Source of the DNA: an uncultured Ruminococcus sp.
GTDB lineage: Bacteria; Bacillota; Clostridia; Oscillospirales; CAG-272
Assembly (NCBI GenBank): GCA_964630635.1
Contig: CAZVVM010000002.1
Span: forward strand, 1-49,776
DNA length: 49,776 bases
Direction: 5' to 3'
The notes below the pieces were generated by a model. The model worked only from the letters and a program-made list of their open reading frames with translations. It was not told where the DNA came from and made no database searches. The stretch's first letter is position 1; each line of letters begins with the position of its first letter. Both the position numbers and the translations under genes were made by a program. Shown here piece after piece: positions 1 to 9,800 of the stretch.

Positions 1-51
1 TATCAATACGGAACCTTCGCGTTCCCGGGCTTCAACCCCTTCGGCGAGTAA
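1..51 (+). CDS. 3' end of an unidentified CDS entering from upstream (partial)
   Basis: Frame 1 is open from base 1 (YQYGTFAFPGFNPFGE) to a double stop TAATAA at 49-54, and a strong hairpin terminator follows. It is too short to identify. Confidence 0.3.
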   Translation, partial: YQYGTFAFPGFNPFGE

Positions 52-62
52 TAACAAAAGAG

Positions 63-92
63 AAAAGCACCTGCTTCGGCAGGTGCTTTTTT
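63..92 (+). terminator. Rho-independent terminator
   Basis: Perfect 12-bp stem aaaagcacctgc / gcaggtgctttt with a ttcg loop, followed by a T-run. Confidence 0.65.
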
Positions 93-151
93 AATGAATA
101 ATGAATAATGAATAATTTTCGGGCGAAGCATCGGAGCGTTTTCTTGCCTTC

Positions 152-240
152 CCTTTGGGAGAGGTGTCTGCGTAGCAGACGGAGAGGGATACATCATTCC
201 CGTGCGGGAGGAGCAAGCCCCCGCCCTACAAAGACGTGGC
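152..240. repeat. REP-like intergenic hairpin modules (family shared with 34215-34742, 46275-48480-type array at 46275-46480, and 49510-49776)
   Basis: The module gggagaggtg-[gtctgc gta gcagac]-ggagaggga is followed by gtgcgggagg-agcaagc-ccccgccCTACaaagacgtggc. The same module skeletons recur at 49590-49625, 49755-49776 and 34595-34640. Confidence 0.6.
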
Positions 241-280
241 GGAGATTTGCAAAATGGCGGATAGAACTTATGTGTCAAAC

Positions 281-308
281 AAAAATCCGCGATGGCTCGC
301 GGATTTTT
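281..308 (-). terminator. Rho-independent terminator for the minus-strand hydrolase gene
   Basis: Stem aaaaatccgcga / tcgcggattttt with a tggc loop, directly downstream of the stop at 314. On the minus strand a T-rich run follows it. Confidence 0.6.
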
Positions 309-313
309 ATACT

Positions 314-1252
314 TTAGAAATATCCTTTTTCGGTTGCTTCGTTTAAGAAATAGCCCAGCTCTTTTTTGCATCTTTCTTCGTCGACGACGTAGCTCATTCC
401 GTGAGTCGCGTTCTCGACGCTGACAAGACGGCTGTTTTCGGGGCGTGCGTTATATGCTTTTAAACTCATTTCGTGCGGAACGAAATCGTCGGAAAGACCG
501 TGTACGAACAGTATCGGGAGTTTACTGTTCTTTACTGCGTCAACGGTCGAAGCGTCCTTGAGACCGAAGCCGCAAAGGAGCTTGACGGTCGGTATCATAA
601 GATAAAGAAGCGGGAATTTCGGAATGTGCATATCGCGTTTTGCGACCTCGGTGACGATGTCCCAAGGGGACGTGAAGCCGCAATCGGCAATTATTCCCTT
701 GACGTTTTGGGGAAGGTCAAGCCCTGCCGCCATAAGCACCGTCGTTGCGCCCATTGACAGACCGTCGAGTACTATTTTTATATCGGAGCCGTAGGTGTCT
801 AAGAGGTAATTACACCAAGAAAGCGCATCGTAGCGCTCTTTTATGCCGAAGGTTATCCATTTGCCTTCGCTTCTGCCGTGCGCGCGCTGTTCGACTGCGA
901 GAACGTTATAGCCCTGACTCATAAAGAAGCCCATCGCACCTGAAAAATCCTCGGAATCGGAGCGGTATCCGTGCATACAAATTATATACTTCTTGCTATC
1001 GCCTTCGGTACGGTACAGATTGCCGACAAGCTTCAAGCCGTCAAATGATATCACGGTGTGCTTTTCTGCCGTGAATAAATCAAGCTCTTTTTTGCATTCA
1101 TCTATGCGCTTGAGCTGATCGGGCTCATTTTTCAGCACCTCGTTCAGGTCGTACACCTTGCCGCCGCGCGCAAAGGTCTTGTTTGCAAAATAGTAAAGCA
1201 CCGCCGCTATGATGATCAGAATCGCGGCTATTATAATAATTGCTGTAACCAT
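314..1252 (-). CDS. membrane-anchored alpha/beta hydrolase
   Basis: N-terminal TM helix (VTAIIIIAAILIIIAAVLYYF), HGYRS motif and the nucleophile elbow GLSMGA. The ATG at 1252 has a GAGGA RBS. The ORF-track start at 1309 and the ATG at 1264 have no Shine-Dalgarno sequence. Confidence 0.8.
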   Translation of the reverse strand: MVTAIIIIAAILIIIAAVLYYFANKTFARGGKVYDLNEVLKNEPDQLKRIDECKKELDLFTAEKHTVISFDGLKLVGNLYRTEGDSKKYIICMHGYRSDSEDFSGAMGFFMSQGYNVLAVEQRAHGRSEGKWITFGIKERYDALSWCNYLLDTYGSDIKIVLDGLSMGATTVLMAAGLDLPQNVKGIIADCGFTSPWDIVTEVAKRDMHIPKFPLLYLMIPTVKLLCGFGLKDASTVDAVKNSKLPILFVHGLSDDFVPHEMSLKAYNARPENSRLVSVENATHGMSYVVDEERCKKELGYFLNEATEKGYF

Positions 1253-1388
1253 AGTTTTCCTCATCAAAATTGATGCTTCAATTTTATCACAACAGCGCAA
1301 TATTTGCAAGGATATAATTCGCTATTTACTAAAGTTTAACAATGTGTTATAATGTATATGTGAAAATATACTTTCCTCGGAGGAAGCC

Positions 1389-2363
1389 ATGAAAAACGGA
1401 ATCAATACTGAATTTGAATACGCGTATTCGCTTTGCAATTCAATAATAAACGAGGTCAAAAAGGTCGTTTCGGGCAAGGACCGCGAGTGTGTTTTACTTC
1501 TTTGCGCGCTTATAAGCGGCGGTCACGTTCTTATCGAGGACGTTCCCGGAGTCGGAAAGACGACGCTTGCGTCGGCGATCAGCCGCGCGGCAGGGCTTGA
1601 TTTCCGCCGTGCGCAGTTCACGCCCGATGTTATGGCGTCCGATATTACGGGATTTAATATGTATAATAAAAAGACCGAGAGCTTTGAATTCCGCCAAGGT
1701 CTTGTAAATACCAACATTCTGCTCGCCGACGAGATAAACCGCGCCTCTCCAAAAACGCAGTCGAGCTTACTTGAGGCGATGGAAGAGGGAAGCGTGACGG
1801 TTGACGGCACAACTTACAAAATACCCTCGCCGTTTATGGTAATTGCGACGCAGAATCCGAGCGGTTACGTCGGAACGTTCCCGCTTCCCGAGGCGCAGCT
1901 CGACCGTTTCGCTTTGCGCTTGACGATGGGCTATCCCTCGCCCGAGGACGAGCTTGCCATTATTAAGAGAAGAACGACGTCCGATCCTATGTCGCTCATT
2001 TCTCCCGTCTCCGACTGCGACGGTATTATGAAGGTCAAAAAGGCGTGTGAAAACATATACATATCCGATAAGGTTTCGGAATATATCGTTACACTGGTCA
2101 ACGCGACGAGAAGCCGCCCCGAATTTGCGCTCGGCGCAAGCCCGCGTGCATCTCTTGCGCTTATGCGCCTTTCCCGCGCCGTCGCGCTTACGTCGATGAG
2201 AGAATTCGTTTTGCCGAAGGACGTGGCGGAATTATACATCGACGTGCTTTCGCACAGAGTCGTGCTTTCGCGCGAGGCGAAGGTCAGCGGTGTAAACGCC
2301 AAAACCGTGCTTGCCGATATTCTGTCGGGTACGCAGGTTCCGTTTATTGAAAATGAAAGATAA
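1389..2363 (+). CDS. MoxR-family AAA+ ATPase
   Basis: Walker A (VPGVGKTTLA), Walker B (ILLADEINR) and ATQNP motifs typical of MoxR/RavA-like ATPases. A GGAGGAAG RBS precedes the start. Confidence 0.9.
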   Translation: MKNGINTEFEYAYSLCNSIINEVKKVVSGKDRECVLLLCALISGGHVLIEDVPGVGKTTLASAISRAAGLDFRRAQFTPDVMASDITGFNMYNKKTESFEFRQGLVNTNILLADEINRASPKTQSSLLEAMEEGSVTVDGTTYKIPSPFMVIATQNPSGYVGTFPLPEAQLDRFALRLTMGYPSPEDELAIIKRRTTSDPMSLISPVSDCDGIMKVKKACENIYISDKVSEYIVTLVNATRSRPEFALGASPRASLALMRLSRAVALTSMREFVLPKDVAELYIDVLSHRVVLSREAKVSGVNAKTVLADILSGTQVPFIENER

Positions 2364-3612
2364 AAAGTTTAAGCGGGGGCTTCCGCCGATAGGCGTGTCT
2401 TGGGGCTTGGCGGTGTACGCGGTAACGCTGTTTCTGCTTATACTGCTTGCGCAGATATTTGCTGATCCATTTACCCACGCGCTCGTTCTGTTGTGCCTTT
2501 GTATGCCGATACCGAGTATTCTCCTTCTGCTTATAGCTATGCCGTTTGTCAGTGCGGGTGCGAAGGTCGGGGTTGCGACTGCGGTGAGGGGCGGAAAATG
2601 TACCGTGTGCGTTAATATCAGGAACGGGTCGTTTTTGCCGATATCGACGGCTGAAGTCGTTTGCCGCGTTCCCGATCAGAACGGCGTGCGCGGTGTCGCT
2701 TCTTTAAAAAAACGCATCTCGCTTACGCCGTTCGGGCTCGTTTCCGTCAGTGCGGAGCCGATAGCATATCGTCGCGGAAGACATGAGGTCGGCGTGAAGG
2801 AAGTCTGGCTTTACGACCTGCTTCGCCTCGTAAAAATAAGAAAAAGAATAAACGGCACTTATACTCTTGCGGTACTTCCGAAGCTGTATGACCGTTCGGA
2901 GGGTCTACAAGACGACGGAAGTATGGAAGAAGATTCGTCGGTCACGCTTGACGTCTTCTCGTCGTACGATTACGGTGACGTCCGCGATTACCGCGCGGGC
3001 GACTCGATGAAACGGATACACTGGAAGCTTTCCTCGAAAAACGACGAGCTTCAGGTCAGAAAAAACGTCGCGCAGAACGAAAATTATATCTGCATCGTCT
3101 GTGACAGAAGCATCGACGGCTCTTTGTACCGCCTTTCGCGCGGTGTGACGAACGAGCTTGACGACAGAACGGTAGAAGAAGCGATGCTCGCGGTGAGCGA
3201 AATTTGCCGACGCGACGGAAACGGATGCCTTTCGGTTCAGACTGACGACGGGAATGCGTTGCTTCTGAACTTCGGCGGTATTGCCGACGAGAGTGAAATG
3301 CGGTTCCTTTTAAGCGGTCTTGAAAAAGGCGGCGGAGCTGATTTGACATCACTCATTCCCGAAAGCGCGACGAGTGTATATTATATTCTTACCTATCTTT
3401 CGCCCGATCGGGCGAAGGGTGTTTTCGACGCGCAGAGAAGCTGCGTATCGCAGGCGTTCAACGTATGTATACGCGACGCGGGAGCTTTTATCCCCGAGGA
3501 TAAAAGGGAAGATTACTGTGCGTCGCTAAATGCTTTCAAGACGTTGCTTGCCGAAAACGGCATATCATTCTTTACCGTAACGGACGGAGGGGAAAAGAAT
3601 GAAGAAAAATAA
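2353..3612 (+). CDS. DUF58 domain protein (MoxR partner)
   Basis: Two N-terminal TM helices and the DUF58 signature YDYGDVRDYRAGDSMKRIHWKLSSK. The ATG at 2353 overlaps the moxR stop (ATGAAAGATAA). Confidence 0.8.
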   Translation: MKDKKFKRGLPPIGVSWGLAVYAVTLFLLILLAQIFADPFTHALVLLCLCMPIPSILLLLIAMPFVSAGAKVGVATAVRGGKCTVCVNIRNGSFLPISTAEVVCRVPDQNGVRGVASLKKRISLTPFGLVSVSAEPIAYRRGRHEVGVKEVWLYDLLRLVKIRKRINGTYTLAVLPKLYDRSEGLQDDGSMEEDSSVTLDVFSSYDYGDVRDYRAGDSMKRIHWKLSSKNDELQVRKNVAQNENYICIVCDRSIDGSLYRLSRGVTNELDDRTVEEAMLAVSEICRRDGNGCLSVQTDDGNALLLNFGGIADESEMRFLLSGLEKGGGADLTSLIPESATSVYYILTYLSPDRAKGVFDAQRSCVSQAFNVCIRDAGAFIPEDKREDYCASLNAFKTLLAENGISFFTVTDGGEKNEEK

Positions 3613-6217
3613 AGAAGTCAAGCCCTCCGTTGAAATAAACGCAACGTATCAAATCGGCGCATACGGTACCGAAAAGGTGTTTCACGCAGTCCTCCGCTAC
3701 CTCATACTCCTTACCGCCGTTATCGGATTCGGCGTTTCGGGAAGCGCGATGCTCGGTATTGAGGCGGATTTTATGACCGTCGTTTTGGCGTCGGCATATA
3801 CCTTTACCACCTTTTTCCTTCTATTTAAATCGCTTCGAGGAATGATAGCGGGAATAGCGTTCGGCGTCGGCGGTATGATTATCGCACTTATATCCTTGCA
3901 GATGTCCGTTAAAAAGCTTTTTATCGGTACGTTTAACGGAATATTCAATTCGGTTCTCGATATAATCAAGGAGCGCGGATATACCACCGTGCCTTATCTT
4001 GACAAAACGAACGTTACCGGCTTCGGTATGCTCACCGCGATAACGGCGCTTGCCGCCGTGACGGTCGGACTTTCCTGCCGAAAGAGAACGAGAGCGGTTC
4101 CTTACGTCATAGTTTTGACGGTACCTGCGGTCATATTTATGGCTACGGGCGGAATCATTCAGCTTAGGTATTTTGCACCTGCCGTCGCCGCCGCTTGCGC
4201 TATGGCGGTAATGGAGCTTGCCGAAAGAGGCGTTAAGAGCGTTTTCCGCTCGTCGTTCGTCGGATTTACATCGTTCGTGCTTGCGGCGCTACTGATGCTT
4301 ACGCCTATCGTTAATACGAAAAAAGCGATGGATCCGATGTCGCTTGGCGGTATCGGCGGACTCGTTCAAACATTGACGCCCGACCCTGTGGAGAGCAGCT
4401 TTAAACGAAGTGCGTATCCAAAGCGTAATATCTTTACGGGCAGAAAAATATTGACCGTTTATACTAACAGCGCGTCGTCCCTTTACCTGCGAAGCTGGGC
4501 GGGCGGTAAGTACGAGGACGGGAGCTGGTACTCGGTCGATTACGATTACGGCTATAATTATGCCGATTTTGCGCGTGACAATGATTATTTTGGGCTTACG
4601 AAAAAGTTCCTTGAGACTGCAAGTGCGCTGGGCTACGACCGCGAAAGGATCGGTATCGGGTTGACCGACGTAAGCATCGTTCTTGCGGTCAAGCAGAAGA
4701 ATCTCCCGCTTCCGAGTATGTCGGGACGTACGGGCGCGATATACGACGGGGGAAAAACGATACATCCGTCGTATCTGTACGACGGCGTTTCAACGCTTGA
4801 AACGCCCTGGAAGGGCAAAATACTCACGAGCGCCGCAGTTATTGACGACTATGATAACGAGCTTCTTTCCGACGTTATATACGGTTTTTATGAGTATCTG
4901 GTCGGATATTGCGGTAATAACCGTCGCCCGTCGTCGCCGATAGGCAGGTATTTTGCAAATAAGCTTTACAAGTACGGTAATGACGAGTACGTTAGTATTT
5001 CGAATAATTTTACGAAATTCGGTGCGAGGGCTTACGGAGATGAAGTTAAAGATGAAGCAATAAACCGTGCTGTTGAAGAGATATTCGAAAACACAGATAT
5101 TGAAAAGTATTTTGATCGTGTGTTTTTGAGCGAAGGAGATACCTCGTATTTGTATTACGGCGTCGTCCACGACGGCTATTACTATACGTTGAATAATGAG
5201 GGCGAAGCGCACGCGCTTGAGGTTGCGAAAATGGTTGCCGATTATCTTGCCGAGGGGCGTAAGTACAGCATTAACCCGAAGTCGACGGGGAAGAGCGTGA
5301 CAGAGGAGCTTCTTTTCGGCACGAAAGAGGGCTACTGCGTGCAGTTTGCAACGGTCGGAACGCTTATTATGCGACGTCTCGGCTTTTACGCCCGATACGC
5401 AGAGGGATATATTGCGCAGGATTTCAAGGGCACGAACACCGACGGCGGATTCAACTACGAAAGCAAGATAACCGACCGAGAGGGTCACGCTTGGTGCGAG
5501 GTGTGGATAGACGGCTTCGGCTGGATGCCGCTCGAATTTACGCCCGGCTACGGTAACGTGAACGTCAGCGGTACGACGAAGCCGCCCGAGACTACTCCGC
5601 AAGAGACGAGCGATACGCCGATAACTACAACGCCTCCCGAGACGGCGACTACTCCGCAAGAGACGAGCGACGCGCCGATAACTACAACGCCTCCCGAGAC
5701 GAGCTCGACCTCGCCCGTTACCACCGAGGGGGAAGGCAGTAATTCGGGCGGTAAGCGCTTTGACGCGGTACCGCTTATTATTGCGGCGGTGATACTGATA
5801 CCGACGGCGGCTATTGTCTCTGCCGTTGTATCGTCTGCAAATAAAAAGAAAAAACGCCTTGACGCGCTGATAACGCGTGCGCTGTCGGGCAGTCACAACA
5901 GCGAGGAGAGGCGTGTCCTTTCGCTGGCGCTAAAAAATGCGCTTTCTTGCGCTCTTGGCGCGTACGGAGCGTTGCCGAAGGCGGGAGAACTGCCCGAAAG
6001 CTACGGGCTTCGTCTTGAAGCTGCGCTCAAGCTCAACGGGCTTGAGGTTCCGCTTTCGCTCTGCGTTGACGCGCTCGTGAAGCAGGTCTACGGCTTCGGT
6101 ATGGACGAAAACGACATAAAGATATCGGCGTTCACCCTGCGCGCGCTTCGCGTAAATGCGCCTCGCAAGCTCGGCATTTTCAAGCTTATAATCTGCAAGA
6201 TCAAAGGAGTGCTTTGA
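3599..6217 (+). CDS. multi-pass membrane transglutaminase-like protein
   Basis: Several N-terminal TM helices and a transglutaminase core (EGYCVQFAT ... REGHAWCEVWIDGFGWMPLEFTP). A Thr/Pro-rich repeat linker is followed by a C-terminal TM helix. This is the third member of the conserved MoxR-DUF58-TGase triad. Confidence 0.85.
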   Translation: MKKNKEVKPSVEINATYQIGAYGTEKVFHAVLRYLILLTAVIGFGVSGSAMLGIEADFMTVVLASAYTFTTFFLLFKSLRGMIAGIAFGVGGMIIALISLQMSVKKLFIGTFNGIFNSVLDIIKERGYTTVPYLDKTNVTGFGMLTAITALAAVTVGLSCRKRTRAVPYVIVLTVPAVIFMATGGIIQLRYFAPAVAAACAMAVMELAERGVKSVFRSSFVGFTSFVLAALLMLTPIVNTKKAMDPMSLGGIGGLVQTLTPDPVESSFKRSAYPKRNIFTGRKILTVYTNSASSLYLRSWAGGKYEDGSWYSVDYDYGYNYADFARDNDYFGLTKKFLETASALGYDRERIGIGLTDVSIVLAVKQKNLPLPSMSGRTGAIYDGGKTIHPSYLYDGVSTLETPWKGKILTSAAVIDDYDNELLSDVIYGFYEYLVGYCGNNRRPSSPIGRYFANKLYKYGNDEYVSISNNFTKFGARAYGDEVKDEAINRAVEEIFENTDIEKYFDRVFLSEGDTSYLYYGVVHDGYYYTLNNEGEAHALEVAKMVADYLAEGRKYSINPKSTGKSVTEELLFGTKEGYCVQFATVGTLIMRRLGFYARYAEGYIAQDFKGTNTDGGFNYESKITDREGHAWCEVWIDGFGWMPLEFTPGYGNVNVSGTTKPPETTPQETSDTPITTTPPETATTPQETSDAPITTTPPETSSTSPVTTEGEGSNSGGKRFDAVPLIIAAVILIPTAAIVSAVVSSANKKKKRLDALITRALSGSHNSEERRVLSLALKNALSCALGAYGALPKAGELPESYGLRLEAALKLNGLEVPLSLCVDALVKQVYGFGMDENDIKISAFTLRALRVNAPRKLGIFKLIICKIKGVL
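5582..5703 (+). repeat. in-frame tandem repeat encoding a Thr/Pro-rich linker
   Basis: PPETTPQETSDTPITTT / PPETATTPQETSDAPITTT / PPETSSTSP. There are two near-identical ~51-57-nt units plus a partial third. Confidence 0.8.
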
Positions 6218-6219
6218 AT

Positions 6220-6609
6220 ATGTTTTTTGAAATAAAGGACGAGATGCTGCTTTCCGGCACGTCGCTTGCGTATCTTGGCGACGCGGTGTTTGAGCTTATA
6301 ACGAGACAGTACCTTTTATCGACCGGTGTGACCGACGTCGGCAAGCTCAACAAAATGGCGCTTTCGTTCGTCAAGGCAACCGCGCAGAGCGATGCGGTCG
6401 AAAAGCTGCTTCCCGTGCTCACAGAGGAAGAAACGGCGATATTCAAGCGCGGTCGGAACGCAAACGGCATTTCGATACCGAAAAGTGCGTCGGCACCGCA
6501 GTACCGCCGTGCGACTGGGCTTGAAGCGCTTTTTGCACATTTGTATGCAAAAGGAGAAAAAGAGCGTCTGCGCGAGCTGTTTATTATAGGATTTTGTTCC
6601 GAGGAATAA
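6220..6609 (+). CDS. mrnC: mini-ribonuclease III
   Basis: The LAYLGDAVFEL motif, the size (129 aa) and RATGLEALF are typical of Mini-III. An AAAGGAG RBS lies 10 nt upstream of the ATG at 6220. Confidence 0.85.
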   Translation: MFFEIKDEMLLSGTSLAYLGDAVFELITRQYLLSTGVTDVGKLNKMALSFVKATAQSDAVEKLLPVLTEEETAIFKRGRNANGISIPKSASAPQYRRATGLEALFAHLYAKGEKERLRELFIIGFCSEE

Positions 6610-6615
6610 TAAAAC

Positions 6616-6647
6616 TCTCCAAGCGGTTTACGCTTGGAGATTTTTGT
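6616..6647 (+). terminator. Rho-independent terminator
   Basis: Stem tctccaagcg / cgcttggaga with a gttta loop, followed by tttttgttg. Confidence 0.7.
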
Positions 6648-6708
6648 TGTTTTTGCACAATATTTAATCAAACAAAATGTACATTTCGTAGAAAATCACA
6701 CAAACCCA

Positions 6709-6737
6709 TTGCAGCACCAACGGATTTGTAGTATAAT
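6709..6737 (+). promoter_or_regulatory. sigma-A-type promoter upstream of the lectin-effector gene
   Basis: TTGCAG, a 17-nt spacer, then TATAAT (6732-6737). Confidence 0.5.
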
Positions 6738-6826
6738 AATTATGGCGAACAAAATATTACCCCTGCGCGGTTATCAAGCCATCAAATCACTGATTTCAAA
6801 CAATATTTATGTAAATGAGAAGGATT

Positions 6827-9800
6827 ATGAAGAAGAACCTCAAAACCTTGTTATCCATTGTTCTCACGACCGCAATTCTTTTAACGCAGGCATCAGTGTT
6901 CGCCGTGCCGCTTACCGATTCAATAGAGAAAATTCCTGTGTCAGACGTATTCGTCATGGCAGAGGACGTTTCAAAACGCGGTGAGTTCGAAAAGCACTAT
7001 CTCTGCTCTGACGGTACGTTTATCGTCGCGTCCTACGCGGAAGCTATCCACTACAAAAATGAAAACGGAGAATGGGTAGACGTTGACAACGAGGTGTCGT
7101 ATAACAAGTCAACCCAAAGCTACCGTGCGGGAAACGAAACTTTTGGCGTGGAATTTGCTTCGGCATCTAACACCTCAAAGCTCGTAACTATGAGCAGCGG
7201 AAAGCACGTTATATCGTGGGGGCTGACGACGGATAAGTCGATTTCTACGCAGACTTCTGTAAAATCGGCAACCGTATCTTCGATAACTGCCGAAGAAGCC
7301 GTCACGCCGTCCGTGACCTTGAAAAATGCGGCTGTAAGCGCGCAAAACAGTAAATCTCTTGTTACCGACTCAAAGACCTTTGAGCTTTCAAAGGCATCGG
7401 GCGGTATTGCTTACGATAAGATAATTGTCGGCTCTCCCGAAATATCGGTAGATTATTCGGTATACCGTAACAAGATCGAAGAAGATATATACATAAATTC
7501 AAAGACGGATATCAAGAGCATTTCGATGAATCTTTCTGTCGGAACTCTTGTTGCCCGCGTAAACTATGATAACAGCGTATGGCTTCTTAACGACGAAGGC
7601 GAACCCGAATACACTGTCGGCGTTCCATATATGGAGGATGCCGCAGGAGAAATACTTAACGATATAAAAGTAACGGTAACTCAAAACGGAAGTAATTGCG
7701 TAATAACGTATACGCCAAACGAAGCTTGGCTGAACTCGGAAGAAAGAGTATACCCGATACTGCTCGACCCGTCGATAACCAGCCGTGAGTATTCGTCAAA
7801 TATAGTAGACACTTACGTCTATGAAGGAAACACCGCAAATCACTCGTCCGAGAGAAAGAACCTCGTCGGAATAGATAATTCGAAGATTCACCGCACGTTT
7901 ATAAAAATAATGAATCTTCCGAATATAGACCCGAGTATGCCCGTCATAGGCGCAACGCTGACCTTGACACTCCCTGTCGGTTCTACTACTGGGCGCACGG
8001 TGGCGCTCTATAAGCTGAACAGCGACTGGAATCAAAGCACTATTACCTATGCGAATCAGCCGTCCTTCACGGAAGCTGACAAGATCGGAATCTGTCCGTT
8101 TAATGCGTCTACGAGAAAATTCACCTTTGACTTGACGGACGATTTTGCAAGAATGTATAATGAATTTCTTGCGGGCGTAAATTACGGGTACGTTCTGAAA
8201 TACGATGACGAATCAAAGACAAACCCAGACTATAACGCAACCTACGGAATGGAGCAAACGACGGTAGCATACCGTCCGCTGTTCACGGTAACCTACGGTT
8301 ATTCGCTTCCGACAGGACTTGAGGTCGGCGGAGTATACGCACTTCAAAACCGCGGCTCATACGGTTATCTTACCGTGCATAACGGAACCGATGCTAACGA
8401 CGTAAACGTATATCTCAAGAGTACCGCTTCGGATGCTCTCGGAACGAACCAGCAGTTTAAGCTTGAATACGTATCATCTACCGGCGCGTACCGATTCCGC
8501 GCTATGAGCTCGTCTGACAGCAACGGACGCGTTCTCGATATAGTAAAGAGCGGCGGTTACGTTAATAACGGTGGAAACGTTCAAATATATAACCCGACAG
8601 ATGAGCTTGCAAACGAGTGGTTCATAGTCGGCACCGGTTCTACTGCTTTCCGTATCGTGCCGAGAACGAATATGTCGCTTTCGCTTACTGCATATCCCGG
8701 TCTCGACGGAACCGCAGAGGGTACAACGCCGACCTCGACAGGTAACGTATTCGTAGCAACAACCGTGGAAAATGACAATTATCAGCAGTGGCGTATAATT
8801 GATATGTCAACGGGCGAAGCGGTTTCGGGCGGCGGAAATACCGACTTTGTACCGAACGGAACGTATTATTTCAATAACAGAGATACAGGTAAATACTTAT
8901 CTAAGTCTATAAGCGTTAAATATGTTGACGGTTTATCGGGACTAATCAGCGAACTCGGGAACAGAATTCGCTGGACGGTAACCTGCGTGTTTGACGGAAT
9001 GTATACTATACGTTCGGCTGATGATCCTACGCTGTTTGTTGTGCCTGACGACGTAACTACACGAATAGTTCTTGATACTCTCCCAAGCGGAACGGATATC
9101 CCTGATGAATATCTATGGAAATTTACGGCGGCAAATGGCGGCGGAGTGAAGATACAGAACGTCGGCACGAGTGAATATCTGCATTCTTTAGATGCTACAA
9201 ACCATCTTAGCTCCACGCTCCCAAGTACTTCATCTGCAAGCTACGATAGGTATGCTTGGCGTATGGCGAATGTGAATGTGTACGGTAATACGAGCGAACA
9301 TAGTTACAGAGAAGTAACGGATGATTTTTATATCTGTGATATTAGAATGGCGATAGGTGACAAATCAAATTTGCCCACGTCAGAACGATTGAATTATCTA
9401 TGGGTTGGCGTTAATGATTTTACGTTCACCATGTCTCGTAACAATGCTGTAACAACTAATGCCACTGGGTTTACAGCAGAAAAGAGAGGAACTATCACCA
9501 TTCAAGCTACCCATAAGGTAACTGGAAATATAAGCAATTTTGAAATATTTGTTGAGAATTCCTTTACATCATCTGACGATTTTGCTTCTATTTTAAATGA
9601 CTTTTTACAACTAGAGGGAAATGGATATGCGAATCTAGGAGGATATAACATATATATCGTTTCTGAAGTTGTACATGAGATATGGAAATATGATGAATAT
9701 ATCACGATTTATTCAAATTTGTGTGGAATTCCCAAGGAATTTGTTCAAAGTGTATTGTTTAGGGAAATATGGTGTTATAGTGTTGCAGATGCTGCGGCAG

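Noticed and set aside
93-116. Short tandem repeat (aatgaat) x3.4 after the first terminator.
   Set aside because: It has only about three copies of an AT-rich heptamer in a spacer and shows no evidence of function. It may simply be part of the T/A-rich terminator tail.
3-371. 122-aa minus-strand ORF at the window start, and the 177-aa ORF at 34265-34798.
   Set aside because: Both are translations of the intergenic hairpin-repeat arrays (peptides such as PLRG, FFVGGDVLDAPHK). They cross terminators and have no start context.
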